A DNA stretch of 64,000 nt from Psammoneis japonica (taxonomy: Eukaryota). Position numbers and translations under genes: made by a program. The DNA is taken from the NCBI GenBank assembly GCA_008632985.1, contig QPGO01000023.1:679681-743680 (forward strand), written 5' to 3'. The notes beneath the pieces were generated by a model that was not told the origin of the DNA, did not search any database, and worked only from the letters and a program-made list of their open reading frames with translations. The first letter of the stretch is position 1. Each line of letters begins with the position of its first letter. Positions 12,402-24,974 of this stretch are shown piece after piece.

Positions 12402-13127
12402 TTGAACTTGTTTTGGTCTTCAGTTAGCTTGGAGCACTTAAGCTGTCAAGTCTGCATTGAATCATGTGTGGAGATTCTAAAGGAAACGAGGCGACTCGGA
12501 ACCAGCGATCTGGATCCACTGGCAAGGAAGAAGGAGGGGGTCCGGACTCCAGTCATCCCACCATTTTCCGAGGTGGAACTTACCCTCCTCATTCATCAGC
12601 ATCCACCCAAACTGGCAGGCAAGGGTGAGGCTCTTGAGTCGCTCATAGACGCCATGGTTGAGCTTGGAAATCCAAATGGGGCACTCTTGGGCATGGTCAT
12701 GGCAGTTACAAACTGCATTGACCGTGGTGCTGTCCACTGCCGTTTGGAAAATTGGTGTTGCAGCTACTGTCTCCACCGTCACGGAGCTCCACCGCAGTGT
12801 TGCGGTCATTGCAAGAGAGTCTTTCATTGCAATCAAGGCTGCCAGAAAAAGCATTGGCGCCTCCATAAGAAGGTGTGTGGCACAGTCACCGAGACTTGGG
12901 ATTTGGAAGAGTGGAGGCAAGAATTGGAAGAGCAGATTTTGAACGACATGGAGAATGACCGGGAAAACGATGTGAACGAGCAAACACTCGACTCTGGATT
13001 CTTGCTGATGGAGCAGAGCATCTTTAGAGACCACAAGCATTATGACTCCCCTCGCTCGATTCTTAAGACCCGCAGCGAATTGGAGGACATGATGTGCATT
13101 GCCCACTGTTTCTCCGAAGCCTTTTGA
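12402..13127 (+). pseudogene. MYND zinc-finger gene remnant, partly hypermutated
   Basis: CSYC...CCGHCKRVFHCNQGCQKKHWRLHKKVC is a MYND finger with the canonical YC read as HC; no clear ATG; locally CpG/TpA-poor. Confidence 0.6.
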
Positions 13128-13345
13128 GAGCAAGAGCAATGGAAGGATAATGTAGAGCGGACGGCTTTTTGGGCACAGCACTGTAACCACTTGGTGGCGA
13201 AACTTTAATCGTGTGCCAGGCCTACATTCTTTAAATAGATGATACAATTCGAGGTATTAGATCATCGTCGTGATCGATACGCAGCATGAAACATTAGATG
13301 CATTTGAGAACAGGTGCAGCGGTCCTGAATCCGCCTCCCGTGGAG

Positions 13346-15091
13346 CTACTCGACCGGCTTCTCCTGCCGTTTCCGCTGCCAAAAGAACCTCCTGCGCGGT
13401 TCGTTGCTTTCACCTTGATCCTTTTGGTCCGTTTCCATCTCTTCCTCTCGTCTCTTTCTCTGCCAGAAGCGTCTCCTCCTTCTTGGTCCATTGTTCTCGT
13501 CCAACAAAGGGTTCTGGTTAACTTCTAGCGGATCGTCGCTGAATGTGTCAGAAGCGCTGCTGCCGTCAGAGTCCGACTCTTCTTCTTCCTCTTCTGGTAT
13601 TACTTCTCCAAGTACCACTCGAATATCCCGATCCATCTCGTACTTCTTTGCCAAATGCAACGGTGTCCAACCCCACCGATCCTTCATTTCACGTGCCTGG
13701 GGAAACTTGCCTACAAGAAATTGAATCAGCTCAATCGGAGCTGGTCCATTGTTGAAGCAAGCCAAGTGCAATGGTGTCCAGCCCCAATTATCAACCTGTT
13801 CTAGAGTTTCCGGATAACGTTCAACCAAGTATTCGGTCACCTCCAGGTCGGCATTGTAATTACACGCGACGTGCAACGGCGAGCGCCCGTCGCTGTCATT
13901 TGGAATTTCCATGGCCGCCATTTGCTCCACAAGCAGCTGTATAACTTCGATGTCCGCATCCGCATAACAAGCACAATGCAAAGCTGACCTGCCGTCCTTT
14001 GGAATAACTTCGAGTGCTTTGGGATAATCTTCAATCAGAAAGTCAATGCTTTCGAGTGATGCACCCTCCAAGCATGCAATATGCAATGGCAGCTGGCCTT
14101 TGTCATTTTCAACTTTAATTCCTTTTGGATAAGCGTTCAGAATGACTTCAATGAGTTGGTCGTCAGGATACTTTGTACACGCTAAATGCAATGGGAGCTG
14201 GCCTTTGTTGTTTTGTACAGACACTGCATCTGGATTCTTCTCCAACAACAAATCAATGACACCCAGAGGTGCATTCGAATTGGCAGCATTATGCAGTGCC
14301 AATGACCCCAACTTGCTTACTTTTTTGTAGGCCTCGGCGTACCAATCACCCAACAGTCGAATCACACGAACCGAAGCACCGTTGCTACAAGCTATCTCCA
14401 TGGGAGTTCGACCAAAACTGTCCTCCATTGCAACGGCGTCTGGGTACAATTCCACCATTAACTCAATCAAATCGAACGGAATCTCTTTAATTTCACATGC
14501 CAGTATCAAAGGCGTGCGCTTGTGGCTGTCTTGTACTTGAAGAGCCCTCGGATTTCGCTCTACAAGCATTTGAATTACGTCCAGATCTGCCTTGTGTTTG
14601 CAGGCCCAATGCAATGGAGTGGCATCGTTCTTGTCTTTTACCAAGATGGCCTCTGGGTTCTCATAAAACATGAGTTCAACGACATCACGAGTCGCCCGTA
14701 AGCCGCACACCATAAAGAGGGGATAGAGCTTGTCCTCCACCGCCGAGTACCTGTACCGTTTTCTGGCCGCCTTTGGCTTTTCGACAAAGACCTCTCGAAC
14801 GGCATCATTGTCATATTCTTCCCGTTGCGTCTTGTTATTTGGATCGAGATTGAGGAGCTCATAGTAAATGCTAGGTTTGCACTACGAGAAACAACAAGGC
14901 GAAAGTGTTAGCTAGAAACACACAACATACCGCAGCTGAGTCATCCATAATTTTCTCAGAGCTTCATCGTTGAAAAGAAGTACGATGCGGCATACTTGAG
15001 GGATGAAACACCTCCATTGGTATTGACTTACAACTGTATTCTTGCAACAGTCTGTCACCGCTGCGGCGCCTTGAAGAACCAAGCCAAACAT
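13346..15091 (-). CDS. Ankyrin repeat protein (about 10 repeats), probably two short 5' introns
   Basis: Repeated TPLH/LPLH.AC motifs in ORF 13346-14740; upstream ATG at 15091 followed by GTAAGT and GTATGT donor-like sites. Confidence 0.85.
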
Positions 15092-15728
15092 TGTTGAATT
15101 TCTTTCTTAATTAATTTATGGAGTGAATTGAAGCAACCGGGACGCGCAACAAGGTAAACAATACAAATTTCTTGTCTATCGTCTCAAGCAACTACCTGAA
15201 CCCTTAACCTTGAGCGAGATGTATGCAGCGGTCAACTCAGAAGTGCGGTCACAACAAACACGGTCTCCTTTCCCTCTCTCCCACTTGGTTTTCGTAGTTT
15301 TGTTGTCGATGATGTAGCGCGTAGCTCCGCCGTAGATTTTGTACGACAAAAAAATTTGGGAAGGGCCGCACCACGAGTTTTCGAAAGTTGGAAGAGTGTC
15401 CGCAATGCATTAACTCCAAGTTGAGTCAAAATCGATAACAAATCAAATACATGACTGAGTCGAAAGATGACACTCTAGTTCTGAGATAAGGTTACCGGTA
15501 GTGCAACGCAAGGATAAACATTGCAACGTCCGTCATCCGTCAAACGGGAAAAACATAAGCCCCCATCCAGTGGTATTGTAAGGTAGGAAAATCTACCGGA
15601 AGCTCTCTACTCTCTAGAGTAGAGCTATCTAGCTACTACTCTAGAGTAGAGGGTCGTAGAGGTAGAGTACATATTCATACAGCTATCTCTACTCTACAGC
15701 AGAAGATTCCGTATGCAACTCTTAGAGT

Positions 15729-17578
15729 CTAACGTAAAACTGGATTTGACTCCAATTCCGCGAGCAATGCCAAAAGAACGGCAGCATCAAGACCAGCATA
15801 ATCCAGTTGTTCCGCATGGAGGGGTCGACGAGACCAGTCGGAACACTGTTGGTCCTTACACAAGGTCCAGCCATCAAAGCAGTGGCTACAGCATTTCTTT
15901 AGGCTAGGCAAGGAAGCACGGCTATCTGATTTTCCATTGTCGCAAGTATCGCTTCTGTCAGATGAAGCCATGGCAACTGCCAAGATTGGTTGAAGATCCA
16001 CGCAATGCTTTGTGGACATGTCTTTCCCGGTGAAATGCATCAGTTTAGACATGTCGTGGCCCATTGAGAAGCCCAGTATGATCATGATACTCGAATTGAA
16101 AAGCCAGTCAATCAGGTCAGCGACAAGCTTATTGTACTCGTAATCACAGCCGAAACTGTCGGACTCTGTCTTGTTGCACTCGCAAGGTTGCCGTTTCAAA
16201 TCAATGATATATGCAGCGAGTGCCGAAGGTCCACTTGAAATCCAGGCCAGCTGTAGCGTTGACAGGTGAACTCCCTGATTGTGATGAGCAGTGTACCATT
16301 CAGTGTCCATGGCCACCACAGCAGTCGGAGCCGGCCGTCTCGCGAGCTCTTTCAGGACGTCGTAAAGAGGCAGCAGGTCTTTGAGAGAATCGATCCAAAC
16401 GGGACGACTTGGAAGGGATAGATGAGATGTACCGGTCCTTTTGAATAGCACATCTCTTGGAAGATCTCTGACAGAATCCACGGCTAGTCGGAGAGTCTCC
16501 GGGTTGGCTCTTGCTATTCTAGACGTCGTCTTTGTTCGTCTTGGCCTTGTTTTCTTTTCATACATATAGCTGGCAGTGAGCGACGAAAATGCCGCATCGA
16601 GTAGTTTCTGCAAAAGGAACTGTTCTCGATCGTTATCGAAAAGACTGGCAATATCCATTTGAGAAATGAGGTCATCCATGCTAGCAACTGACGAGCACAT
16701 GGCTTGCAGCCGCTTGGCGGTATCGGGGATCCAAGATTGTTTTCGGCATTCCCCAAAGCGAACGATTGCAGCAAGAGACTTGCCAAACATGTTCGGGTCC
16801 TTCTTTTGTAACGAGTCTTCTAGTTGCTTCCAGTCGAGCTGGTGTTGTTCCCACTCGCTTTGGGATGGTCCAGGTGGAGGTGGCTTCTTCTTGGGCTTTT
16901 GTTGCGGCTTTTTAATTTCACGTGCTAGACCTGGATTGTTTCGGGCAAAGTTTCCTTTTCTCGATGTCTTATCGGTTGGATTGACTGCGAGATCCGTCAC
17001 AACATCGGTCGATTCCAGCGGTCGATCAAGAAAGCGTGGATCTAAATCTCCATATATTGCACCATCTGAATGGGTAATTCGATAGTTCTGCCAAGGTAGT
17101 CTCTGTTTGTTTCAGCCTCTTGAATAGCCTTGACTGTGTCTGATTTCAGATGAGACGATGACAAGCTAAGTACCGATTGACCCTTGTTGTTGACTATGCA
17201 GACGTTGGCACCGCGTTGCAGCAAGAGCAAGCACGCATCATCGCGACACCGGGTGGTGGCAAAGAAAATTGGTGTCTTGCCATAACTATACGGCCCCGTT
17301 GCAATTTGATTCACATTACAGCCAAAGTCTAGCAAAAAATTAATGTTGTCCAGACTTCCATACCAAGCAGCCATATGAAGGGCACCCTTGCCGTCGTGTG
17401 ATGCCATGGTATCCAACTCGTCGCTCGTCCATCCTTGCAGCAACCGTTTCAAATACGCTGTATCTTTGCCTCCCGCCGCCCGACGAATTTGAGTTGCACT
17501 CGTTAGAACCCCTTCATTGGCACTAGACTTAGGAGAACGCAGCGATTCTTCGTCGGCGCCGTTGCTTGACTTTGACAT
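15729..17578 (-). CDS. Ankyrin + DEDD 3'-5' exonuclease (EXD3/MUT-7-like) protein; frameshift near 17100
   Basis: Ankyrins (GKGALHMAAWYG, GKTPIFFA); exonuclease motifs VAMDTEW, LQLA, LGFSMGHD, SDWSRRPLHAEQLDYAGLDA; the two ORFs join through a 1-nt shift (PWQNYRITHSDGAIYGDLDPRFL). Confidence 0.8.
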
Positions 17579-18829
17579 GGCCGGATCATGGGTCACGGCG
17601 ATTTTTGATGTCTTTTTTTTTGTGCATGCGTGTGCGGTGTTTCGGTGAGACGTGTGAGAAATGTGAGACGCCGCTTGTCGGTGAAACGTGAAACGACATT
17701 GGGACAGTGGGCCCTCTCTCTCTCGTACGGTAGAGAAACGCCCCCAACAGGAGCAGGAGAGAGACTGTTGACCACTGCTGGGGACTCCAAAATTCACTTG
17801 TCAAGAGAATTGTCTTGTTTGAAGTTGACAAGTTGGATCCCAGGACCAAAGCAGCAGGACCGGAGCAGCAACGGCCGTCGTGCAGTTGAGGCAGCATCCC
17901 TCCTCGCCACAGCTGTGAGCTGTGAGACTCTCTTTGGAAGTTGCAACAAGATGGGTCCCAGAGCTGGTGGGGCAATGGCCGTTGCTGTTGCACATCCCAG
18001 AATTCCAATCAAGAGGAGGGCTGGAAGAACGAGTGGTGGTGGCCGCTCTTTTGCTTGCTCCATTGCCACCGCAGTTGCTGGGCAGCCGACACTTGCACTT
18101 GATGCCAGGTGCAAGTCATGGGGGTCTGGTCAAGGGTTACAAAGTGAACTCCAATCTCTGTGACAGAAAATGCAAATGGGGGTGGAACTGATTTGATCAT
18201 GAGCTTGATGCAGCCGGCATCACCGGATGCTGCGAAGAGCATTTGAGTGAAAATGACACCCAAGGCTGTGCCAGCCAGCAGCTCAAACTCGTCTAGAGCA
18301 AAGTCAGGAAAAGGTTGTCGCTGATGGTGGCACTTCAAGAATGGGCATCAGTGGGAGCAACAAAGCACCTGTTGGGAGAGTGAGCTCAGGGTGAAAATGC
18401 CGCCCAATGCAGCCAAACAAGACGCGATGGTTGCACATTTCAACCACAGAAATGTGAACTTTGGCACAAAGCACAGTGGCTCATCTGGTGTTGTCAGCGC
18501 ACACTTGTGCTGAAAAGAGTTCATGTTGATGGAGTGTTTTGTTGACACCAGTGTGTTGCATTTTTGGAAGATTGCAACATGTGTGTGGCTTCAGTGACCA
18601 ACCTGTGATGACATTTTGCATGATGCTGGTGTGCACACTGTCCTTGGCCCTCCTCATTGGCTTGCTGAAAACCATCCTCTTGTGCACTTTTTTGATGATG
18701 GTCAAGCCAGTTCAATTGAATGAAAAATTGTCTTGCAGCATCAGTCACTCAAAGATGTCAATGCAAAGAATTTGTTTTGCATGCTGGCACCTGGATTTTT
18801 TTCAAGCTTTCAAATGAACTTCATCAGCC

Positions 18830-19290
18830 AGCATTTGCCATTTTTTTGGAAACTTTTGTGCCAAGACTGCACAACAAAAATGTGTTCAGACAAGACTCAG
18901 AACAAAAAGGGTGAAAAAGCAAGAAAAGAGTGACAGGAGAGTGACTTTTGCACCATGATGTTGAGGAGCACAAAGAGAAAAGGGTGGGCACATGGGTTGC
19001 CAATGGCTGCAAAAGAACAGCCAGTTTTGCATTTGAAGGGCTTGGGAGACATGTTTGCGTTTGCAGCAAATTTGCTGTTGCTTTGTTGCTGCAACTGCAG
19101 CCAATGATTGGCTGAGCTGCTCAATTTTTGAGAGATGACAAGGTGTGGTGCACACATTTTCACATGATGCAGCACCAGCACAACCTCTGTTTTGAGTTTT
19201 TTCAAGAGCTTGGCTCATCCTGCCACCACTGACCCAGCTTGCACTTTGATGTGCATCAACAGCCATGACACCAAGCTGTCAAACAATGCG
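18830..19290. repeat. Dispersed repeat, diverged copy of ~42000-42440
   Basis: Shared blocks GAGCTGCTCAATTTTTGAGAGATGACA, CCACTGACCCAGCTTGCACTTTGATG and ATTTGAAGGGCTTGGG in the same order. Confidence 0.8.
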
Positions 19291-19755
19291 CGTTGATGCC
19301 CAATTGGACCTGTGCACAGAAAAGCGCACATCAAACATGTCTTGGGATTGGAAAATTTGCAGTCACAGTGAAGTCTCAAAACAAATTTCTTCCACAGACC
19401 TGCCACAATGTTTTTCTGCTTTTGCAGTCTGGGTGTGGCAGTTGTTTTTGTTTGTTGTTGTGAGCAGAGGCATTCATGGCAGCCTGCAGTGTCATCAAGC
19501 CATGCCCTCACCTTGGTTCGAAGCACCACCATGCAAAAAGCAGTCTGGGGCCAAGAAACTTGAAGACAATGTTGGGCTGGGACAACTTGCACAAGGTTCT
19601 GCAATCTCATCCATTTTTAACTCATCATTGCCACCCAAACTGCACATGCTGCCTTGAAGAGCCTGGCCATTTTCAGGCCTCTTCATGGTTGCTGCCATGC
19701 AAATCAGGTGGGGGGCATGTGGAGAAATCCTGGTCTCTGCACAACCAACATTTGT

Positions 19756-19786
<31 letters not shown>

Positions 19787-19789
19787 CCC

Positions 19790-20535
19790 TTTTGCAACAA
19801 ATGTGATGATCCTCTGCAAACAAGGCAAGGATTCCCACTTTGGCCAACAGGTGTCACATCTCCTCTTTCAATTGAAGCCAAACATTTGACAGCTCACAGT
19901 CAAACCATGAAACCACTGCACAGAGTGGTCTGGCACAACAACTTGAGAACAATGAAATCTCATCAAAATTCCAATGCATTGTTGCTCTCCAAACCTTGCA
20001 CCAGAAGGCTGAGGCACTGTGGTTGTCTTCACGGTCACCACCACATTCCCAGGAATTTCTGTGATTTTAAGCACAGGCACTTGGACCCTGAATCAGATGA
20101 GGCATGATGAGCATTCTTAGCCATTGTGCATGACCGACCCTTGTTCTCTTCTCCCATGCAGATGTGATGATCCTCCATGCAAAATGATGCAAGGATTTCC
20201 GCTCTGACTAAACAGGTGTCAGATCTCCTTTCAACAGAAGCCAAATAATGTCGCGAAGTCGAGAAAATGCCCAGTCAGGTCGCATTGCGGACGTTGACCG
20301 CTCAGAGCCCCATCCACCATCCACCATTGAAACATGTTAGCGGTCCAGCACAACTAAAGAGGACAATCTTTGTAAGACTTATGTGAGGTCCTGAAATCTC
20401 ATCGATTTTTTTAAATGTTTTATTGCTGTCCAAACCGCACACTCGAAGAGCTAGGGCATTGTAGGCATCTTCGTGGTCGCCACCGTCGTTGCAAACAAAC
20501 TTGTTTTGATTTGCGCGGGCACTTCGACCCCTGAA
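19790..20535 (-). pseudogene. Two tandem decayed copies of the 3' ~425 bp of the adjacent GT31 gene
   Basis: Units end at CCCTGAA (20091, 20535; gene equivalent ~20960) and share GAAATCTCATC, CCAAACC, TGATCCTC and GCAAGGATT with the gene. Confidence 0.85.
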
Positions 20536-21645
20536 TCAGACGAGGCATGTAGAGTTTTTCCAGCCTTTACACAACCGATTTTCACTCTTTTTTCCATTGC
20601 ATACATGGTGATCCTCCAAATATAAATGACGCAAGGATTCCCATTTTGACCAAACAGGGGATAAATCTCCTTTCAACGGAAAGTAAATGTCGTGAAGTCG
20701 AGAAAATGTCAGATCGGGTACCTTTGCAAACGTTTGACTGCTCACAGCCCCACCATGAAACAAAATAGAGCGGTGTAGCATAACTTGGGGACAACCTTGA
20801 GCTAGGACTTGTGTAAGATCCTGAAATCTCATCGATTTGTTGAAAGTGATGTTGCTGTCCAAACCGCACACTCGAAGAGCTACAGCATTGTAGGCATCTT
20901 CGTGTTTACCATTATTCCAAACAAGCTTCTTCGATTTTGAGCAGGCGCTTAGACCCTGAACAAGATCATCTGACATGATATAACCCCAACCACGGATAAA
21001 CGACAATCTTCTTAATCGTTCTCCGGTTCCAACATATTTGAAATTCAAATGATAGCCTTGTCCTCCAAGAAATCGATGACGGGGCCATGTATTAGAGTCT
21101 TCTAGTAGACGGTCGAGTAGAAGATACGATTCATCATCAAGCTTCATGTGATAGTCAGCCTGAATATTCAAGGAAGCCCATTCATACCACGCATTCATCT
21201 TGCCAGTGTTGTGGACGTCTGAACTGTTCAGCAGTACGACATCGCCATAGTGATCCCGTTCGGCCTGCAATTCCGTTATATTGTGCGTCGCATCCAGAGG
21301 ATTCCCTTGTATTCTGGGTTCTTGTTTGTTTCCAATGAGAAAGTACACAAGGATTGTGCCATCCTGAACCGCGGGATGTTTCATCCACGTATCTCGGTGC
21401 ATTTGCCGACGCATAAAACTTGAACCACGTGGGGGTCTTTCTTCCCAATCAAAGGAAGAGATGATTGCGATTGCAATTTTGCGTTTTGTTGAATTCTCCA
21501 ATGAAGAAGGAACCGTCACAGCGTCAACTTTGGTGGCGACCTTGGATTCTCGAAGAAAAAACGATTGGAATTGGGTGAAATTAACGCTCGCCATAACCAA
21601 GGCCACCAATATAATCACACCCACTTGGACGAGACTTTTCTTCAT
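20536..21645 (-). CDS. Glycosyltransferase family 31 (beta-1,3-galactosyltransferase-like), type II membrane protein
   Basis: N-terminal TM anchor; RRQMHRDTW, VYFLIG, ELQAERDHYGDVV, YHMKLDDESY, GWGYIMS, HEDAY; intact with normal TA/CG content. Confidence 0.85.
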   Translation of the reverse strand: MKKSLVQVGVIILVALVMASVNFTQFQSFFLRESKVATKVDAVTVPSSLENSTKRKIAIAIISSFDWEERPPRGSSFMRRQMHRDTWMKHPAVQDGTILVYFLIGNKQEPRIQGNPLDATHNITELQAERDHYGDVVLLNSSDVHNTGKMNAWYEWASLNIQADYHMKLDDESYLLLDRLLEDSNTWPRHRFLGGQGYHLNFKYVGTGERLRRLSFIRGWGYIMSDDLVQGLSACSKSKKLVWNNGKHEDAYNAVALRVCGLDSNITFNKSMRFQDLTQVLAQGCPQVMLHRSILFHGGAVSSQTFAKVPDLTFSRLHDIYFPLKGDLSPVWSKWESLRHLYLEDHHVCNGKKSENRLCKGWKNSTCLV

Positions 21646-21899
21646 TGTAGACCTTCAATGTGGACAAAATCTGCGTTGCGTTGTTGCACTTTGGTTGCAT
21701 TTAAAAAAAAAAAGAATTGGATAATAGAGACAGATGAGAGAATCATTTCGTGGATTGAAAACCGAAGCTTTGGAGCTTGACAGGAGTTTCGGCATTTTTG
21801 TCACATTCGTGGAAAAAGAGAGAGATAGAGGAGGCGGTTTTCCTTGATGATGATTCGTTCCGTTGAGTGCGCCAAAATTTCAAATTTTTGAAGCAGAAG

Positions 21900-24079
21900 C
21901 GTTGAGGCGAGCGCTTGGCGCGCGCGCACACACCTCGAAAGGCAACTGCCGTTACCACCACCAACGACACCAGTGGCATCACCGAGCCTGCTGCCGCCGA
22001 TGATACCTCCGCCGCTCCTATCGACTCCAACGACCCTCCCATCGACTCTGCCTCCGACAACCATACGCCCTCCACCACCTTCAAATGCATGTTCGACACA
22101 AATCACCCAACCATGGAACCGGGCCCACTCGACCCTGATGCAATCACCCGCATCATCACGCAAACGCTCACTCACCACGCCGACTGTGAGCCTCTCACCA
22201 TCAAACTGTGGGATGTCCAATGCACCTCCACCACAGACATTAACTGCAACACACCATGCAAAACCAAAAATTGGCACTCACCATGCGACATCACCCTCAT
22301 CCCAGCTGCCAACGAAGAGCAACTCGACTTCCAGCTTTTCCACGAACAAGCCATCCGCCTCGTCCAGAATTGGCACGCCACCCCACATGCCACTTTCATG
22401 AACTTACCACCAACGACCAATGCCCACACTGCATCCCTTCCACTTGCCCCCTGGAATTTGCCACTGCCGAGCCGTGGGTCGAACACTGCACACCTCGCAT
22501 CCCTGCCTTCAACAACTTCAAATGCTCCGCTTGTGGCATCCTTGCTGGTGCTTCTCCCAACTGCCATGGTCCCACACACTGCACCATGGAGTTCCTGCTT
22601 GCATGCCTCCACAACCACATCCTTGCCCTCCTTCCCAACCAGGACCCACCTGGAGCCACCATCCAACCAGAGTTCCGCACCTGTGAAACCTTCGTCAATC
22701 ATGTTGGTCTCCGCCCAGCCCGCTGGAAAGGCCGCCGCACCGGACCCTCTGTCAACATCCACTGTGCATGCACCCCCACCGACACTGCTTGGAATGCATC
22801 AACCAGGCTCCTCAATCCACCCGGCAAGGAGTGCAGCAAATTCACAGTCTGCAACATCCCGTTTGCCGTGCTTCCCTTCCCCACTGACACCAACAACGCC
22901 GACTGCCTCGCCCAGCAACTCCTCGCAATTGACCAAGGCCCTGCACAAGCACACTGTGTTCTCACTGCATGCCTGCACACCATCACTGATGCCGACATGG
23001 AGCACAATCTTGCCACCCCACATTGCACCGCCGCCACACCCGTCTTCCTGCCCCATGACAACGCCCCTGCGCACTTCAAACTCCCATTCAAACCCCACCC
23101 CCAGACCATCCACCTCACCAACAGAAATCTGCATGAATGCCCTGGGTTCCCAGCTGACCTCCTCAGCAACATCTGCATGCTGGGACCTCTCCCAAACGAT
23201 CCACCCACCTCCACACCTCAGCCCACACTGATCCCATCACCTCACTGCACCAAAGCCGCCCAAGCTCCACCAGCCCCTGCCATCTCCAGCCTCTCTCGCA
23301 CTGCCTGCACCTCCCTCTCTGCCACGCGGCAATTCCCACCCACCAACATCCCTGCCACCACTGCCCGTGCCTCTCCCAACCCCCGTGCGCCACCTGCTTG
23401 CCCTCCTCCTCAACACCGTTGTTCTCCTGGGCGTGGCGCCCCTGCACCCGGCTGTGGCGGTCGCGGATCCAACCCCAGAGTGAACCCTGGCTGCTCCCAA
23501 CCCCGCCACTCCTCCTCCACATCTGCCAACTCCACATCCAACCCTCCATCCTGGACCCTTGTCAGCCGCAAATGCCGCAACACCAACAGCACCCCACCTG
23601 ACCCCTTTGACACCATCCTCAATGCACCCATCCCTCCGTCCCAATGAGACATCGACAGAGACTGTGTGTCCAATGATGCATGCATGGACAACCTCACCCT
23701 CTTCGGCAAAGACGATGACCCCGATGACAACACCAACGCCATGAATGTGATGTCACAACACGACATCGACCACTGCGCCACCCTCACCACATGGGTCCAC
23801 ACCCATTGCCCTGAGTGCCTTTGAGAATGGAAGCACGCTAAAGCTCAGGCCATTGAAGACAACACCGATCCGCAATCTTTCCACCAGCATCTCCAAGAAT
23901 GGAACCCCCAAGCACCATGTGTCTGGAGTGCCCACACTGTGAATGGTCTCCACCGGAAAATGCCACCACCCAAGACCTCCCCAAGGCAGTCCGAGCTCAC
24001 CTGCGGGCCGAGCATAAAACCCCAGACCTGCGCTTTCTCCCACACGACTTCCTCTCCCAAGCCAACCTGCACTCGTGCC
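21900..24079 (+). mobile_element. 5' part of a decayed CRE-like non-LTR retrotransposon (ORF1-like region and C2H2 finger)
   Basis: Long C/A-rich frameshifted ORFs, then CPHC...HLRAEH...FLSQANLHSC, cut at 24080 by an LTR; same strand and composition as 26590-28935. Confidence 0.6.
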
Positions 24080-24971
24080 TGACAGACATCCGAGATGGGG
24101 AGCACACTCCCTTGTGTCGGACAGACCAGCATGGACAGCATGGAGAGATCCGATGATCTCTCCTTTGCTCACTTTCTTTCTCATCTAGCACACAATTGTC
24201 ATCTGTCCCAGATGTCCATTAGATTGTCCCGACACCGCTAGTCCACAAGGTTGTGAGCAGCAGTGCGCTGTTCCTCTTCCTCCACGCTCCTCTGTTGCAA
24301 TGCCCACTGTGTGATTTGGTGATTTTTCTTCATTGAAATCGTCATCATTGTCAGCCATTTTTTCACCTCTCGATTTGTGATCAAATGACCACCGCAGAAC
24401 ACACACCAGAGCTCTGTGCAGGAATTTGATTTTTTCCCACGCAACCATGGTGAACAAAAATCAAAACACCGTCGATTTGACCAAGATCAAGACGATGCGG
24501 GTTGAATTCAGCCCACATGATCTCTCACCCAATGCACACCGTCACCTGAATGCTCTTTGTTCCAACAAGATGCCTGCTCCTGAAGATCTTCTGGATGGAT
24601 TTGCTCCTCAAGGCCTCAAGAGCGACGCTGTTGCTGTCCTCCATCACAAGATCGTTCACAATCTCATCATCCCCCAAGCTGCCCTGACCAAAGATCTTGC
24701 GCGCATTGGACTGATCATTGAAAAGGCCCCTCTCTTTGTGGCCATCCCTCAAGACTCCCCGGTTCATCTGAACCTCAGTGCTCTTCAGAAGGCTGTGATC
24801 AAAGCGATCTCAGAGAACGATGACACCACAAAAGTGTGTGTTGGGACTTTACGTTTCCATTCAGCACTGTGATCGCTGGGATGATGTCTCAGATGATCCG
24901 CATCCAGACCCACCGCCCACCTCAAGTTCTGCATCCCCGCCGGTTGCTGCCACAGGTCCCACTCCTGAAGA
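24080..24971 (+). mobile_element. Ty1/copia-like 5' fragment: ~168-bp LTR (24080-24247), PBS and start of gag-like ORF
   Basis: TG...CA-bounded segment followed by A+GGTTGTGAGC (24249-24258), one change from GGTTATGAGC, the complement of the tRNAiMet anticodon arm used as half-tRNA primer by copia; ORF MVNKNQN follows. Confidence 0.6.
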
Positions 24972-24974
24972 TTG

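Noticed and set aside
15600..15700. CTCTAGAGTAGAG-type quasi-palindromic low-complexity stretch
   Set aside because: Short intergenic low-complexity sequence without defined ends or supportable function.
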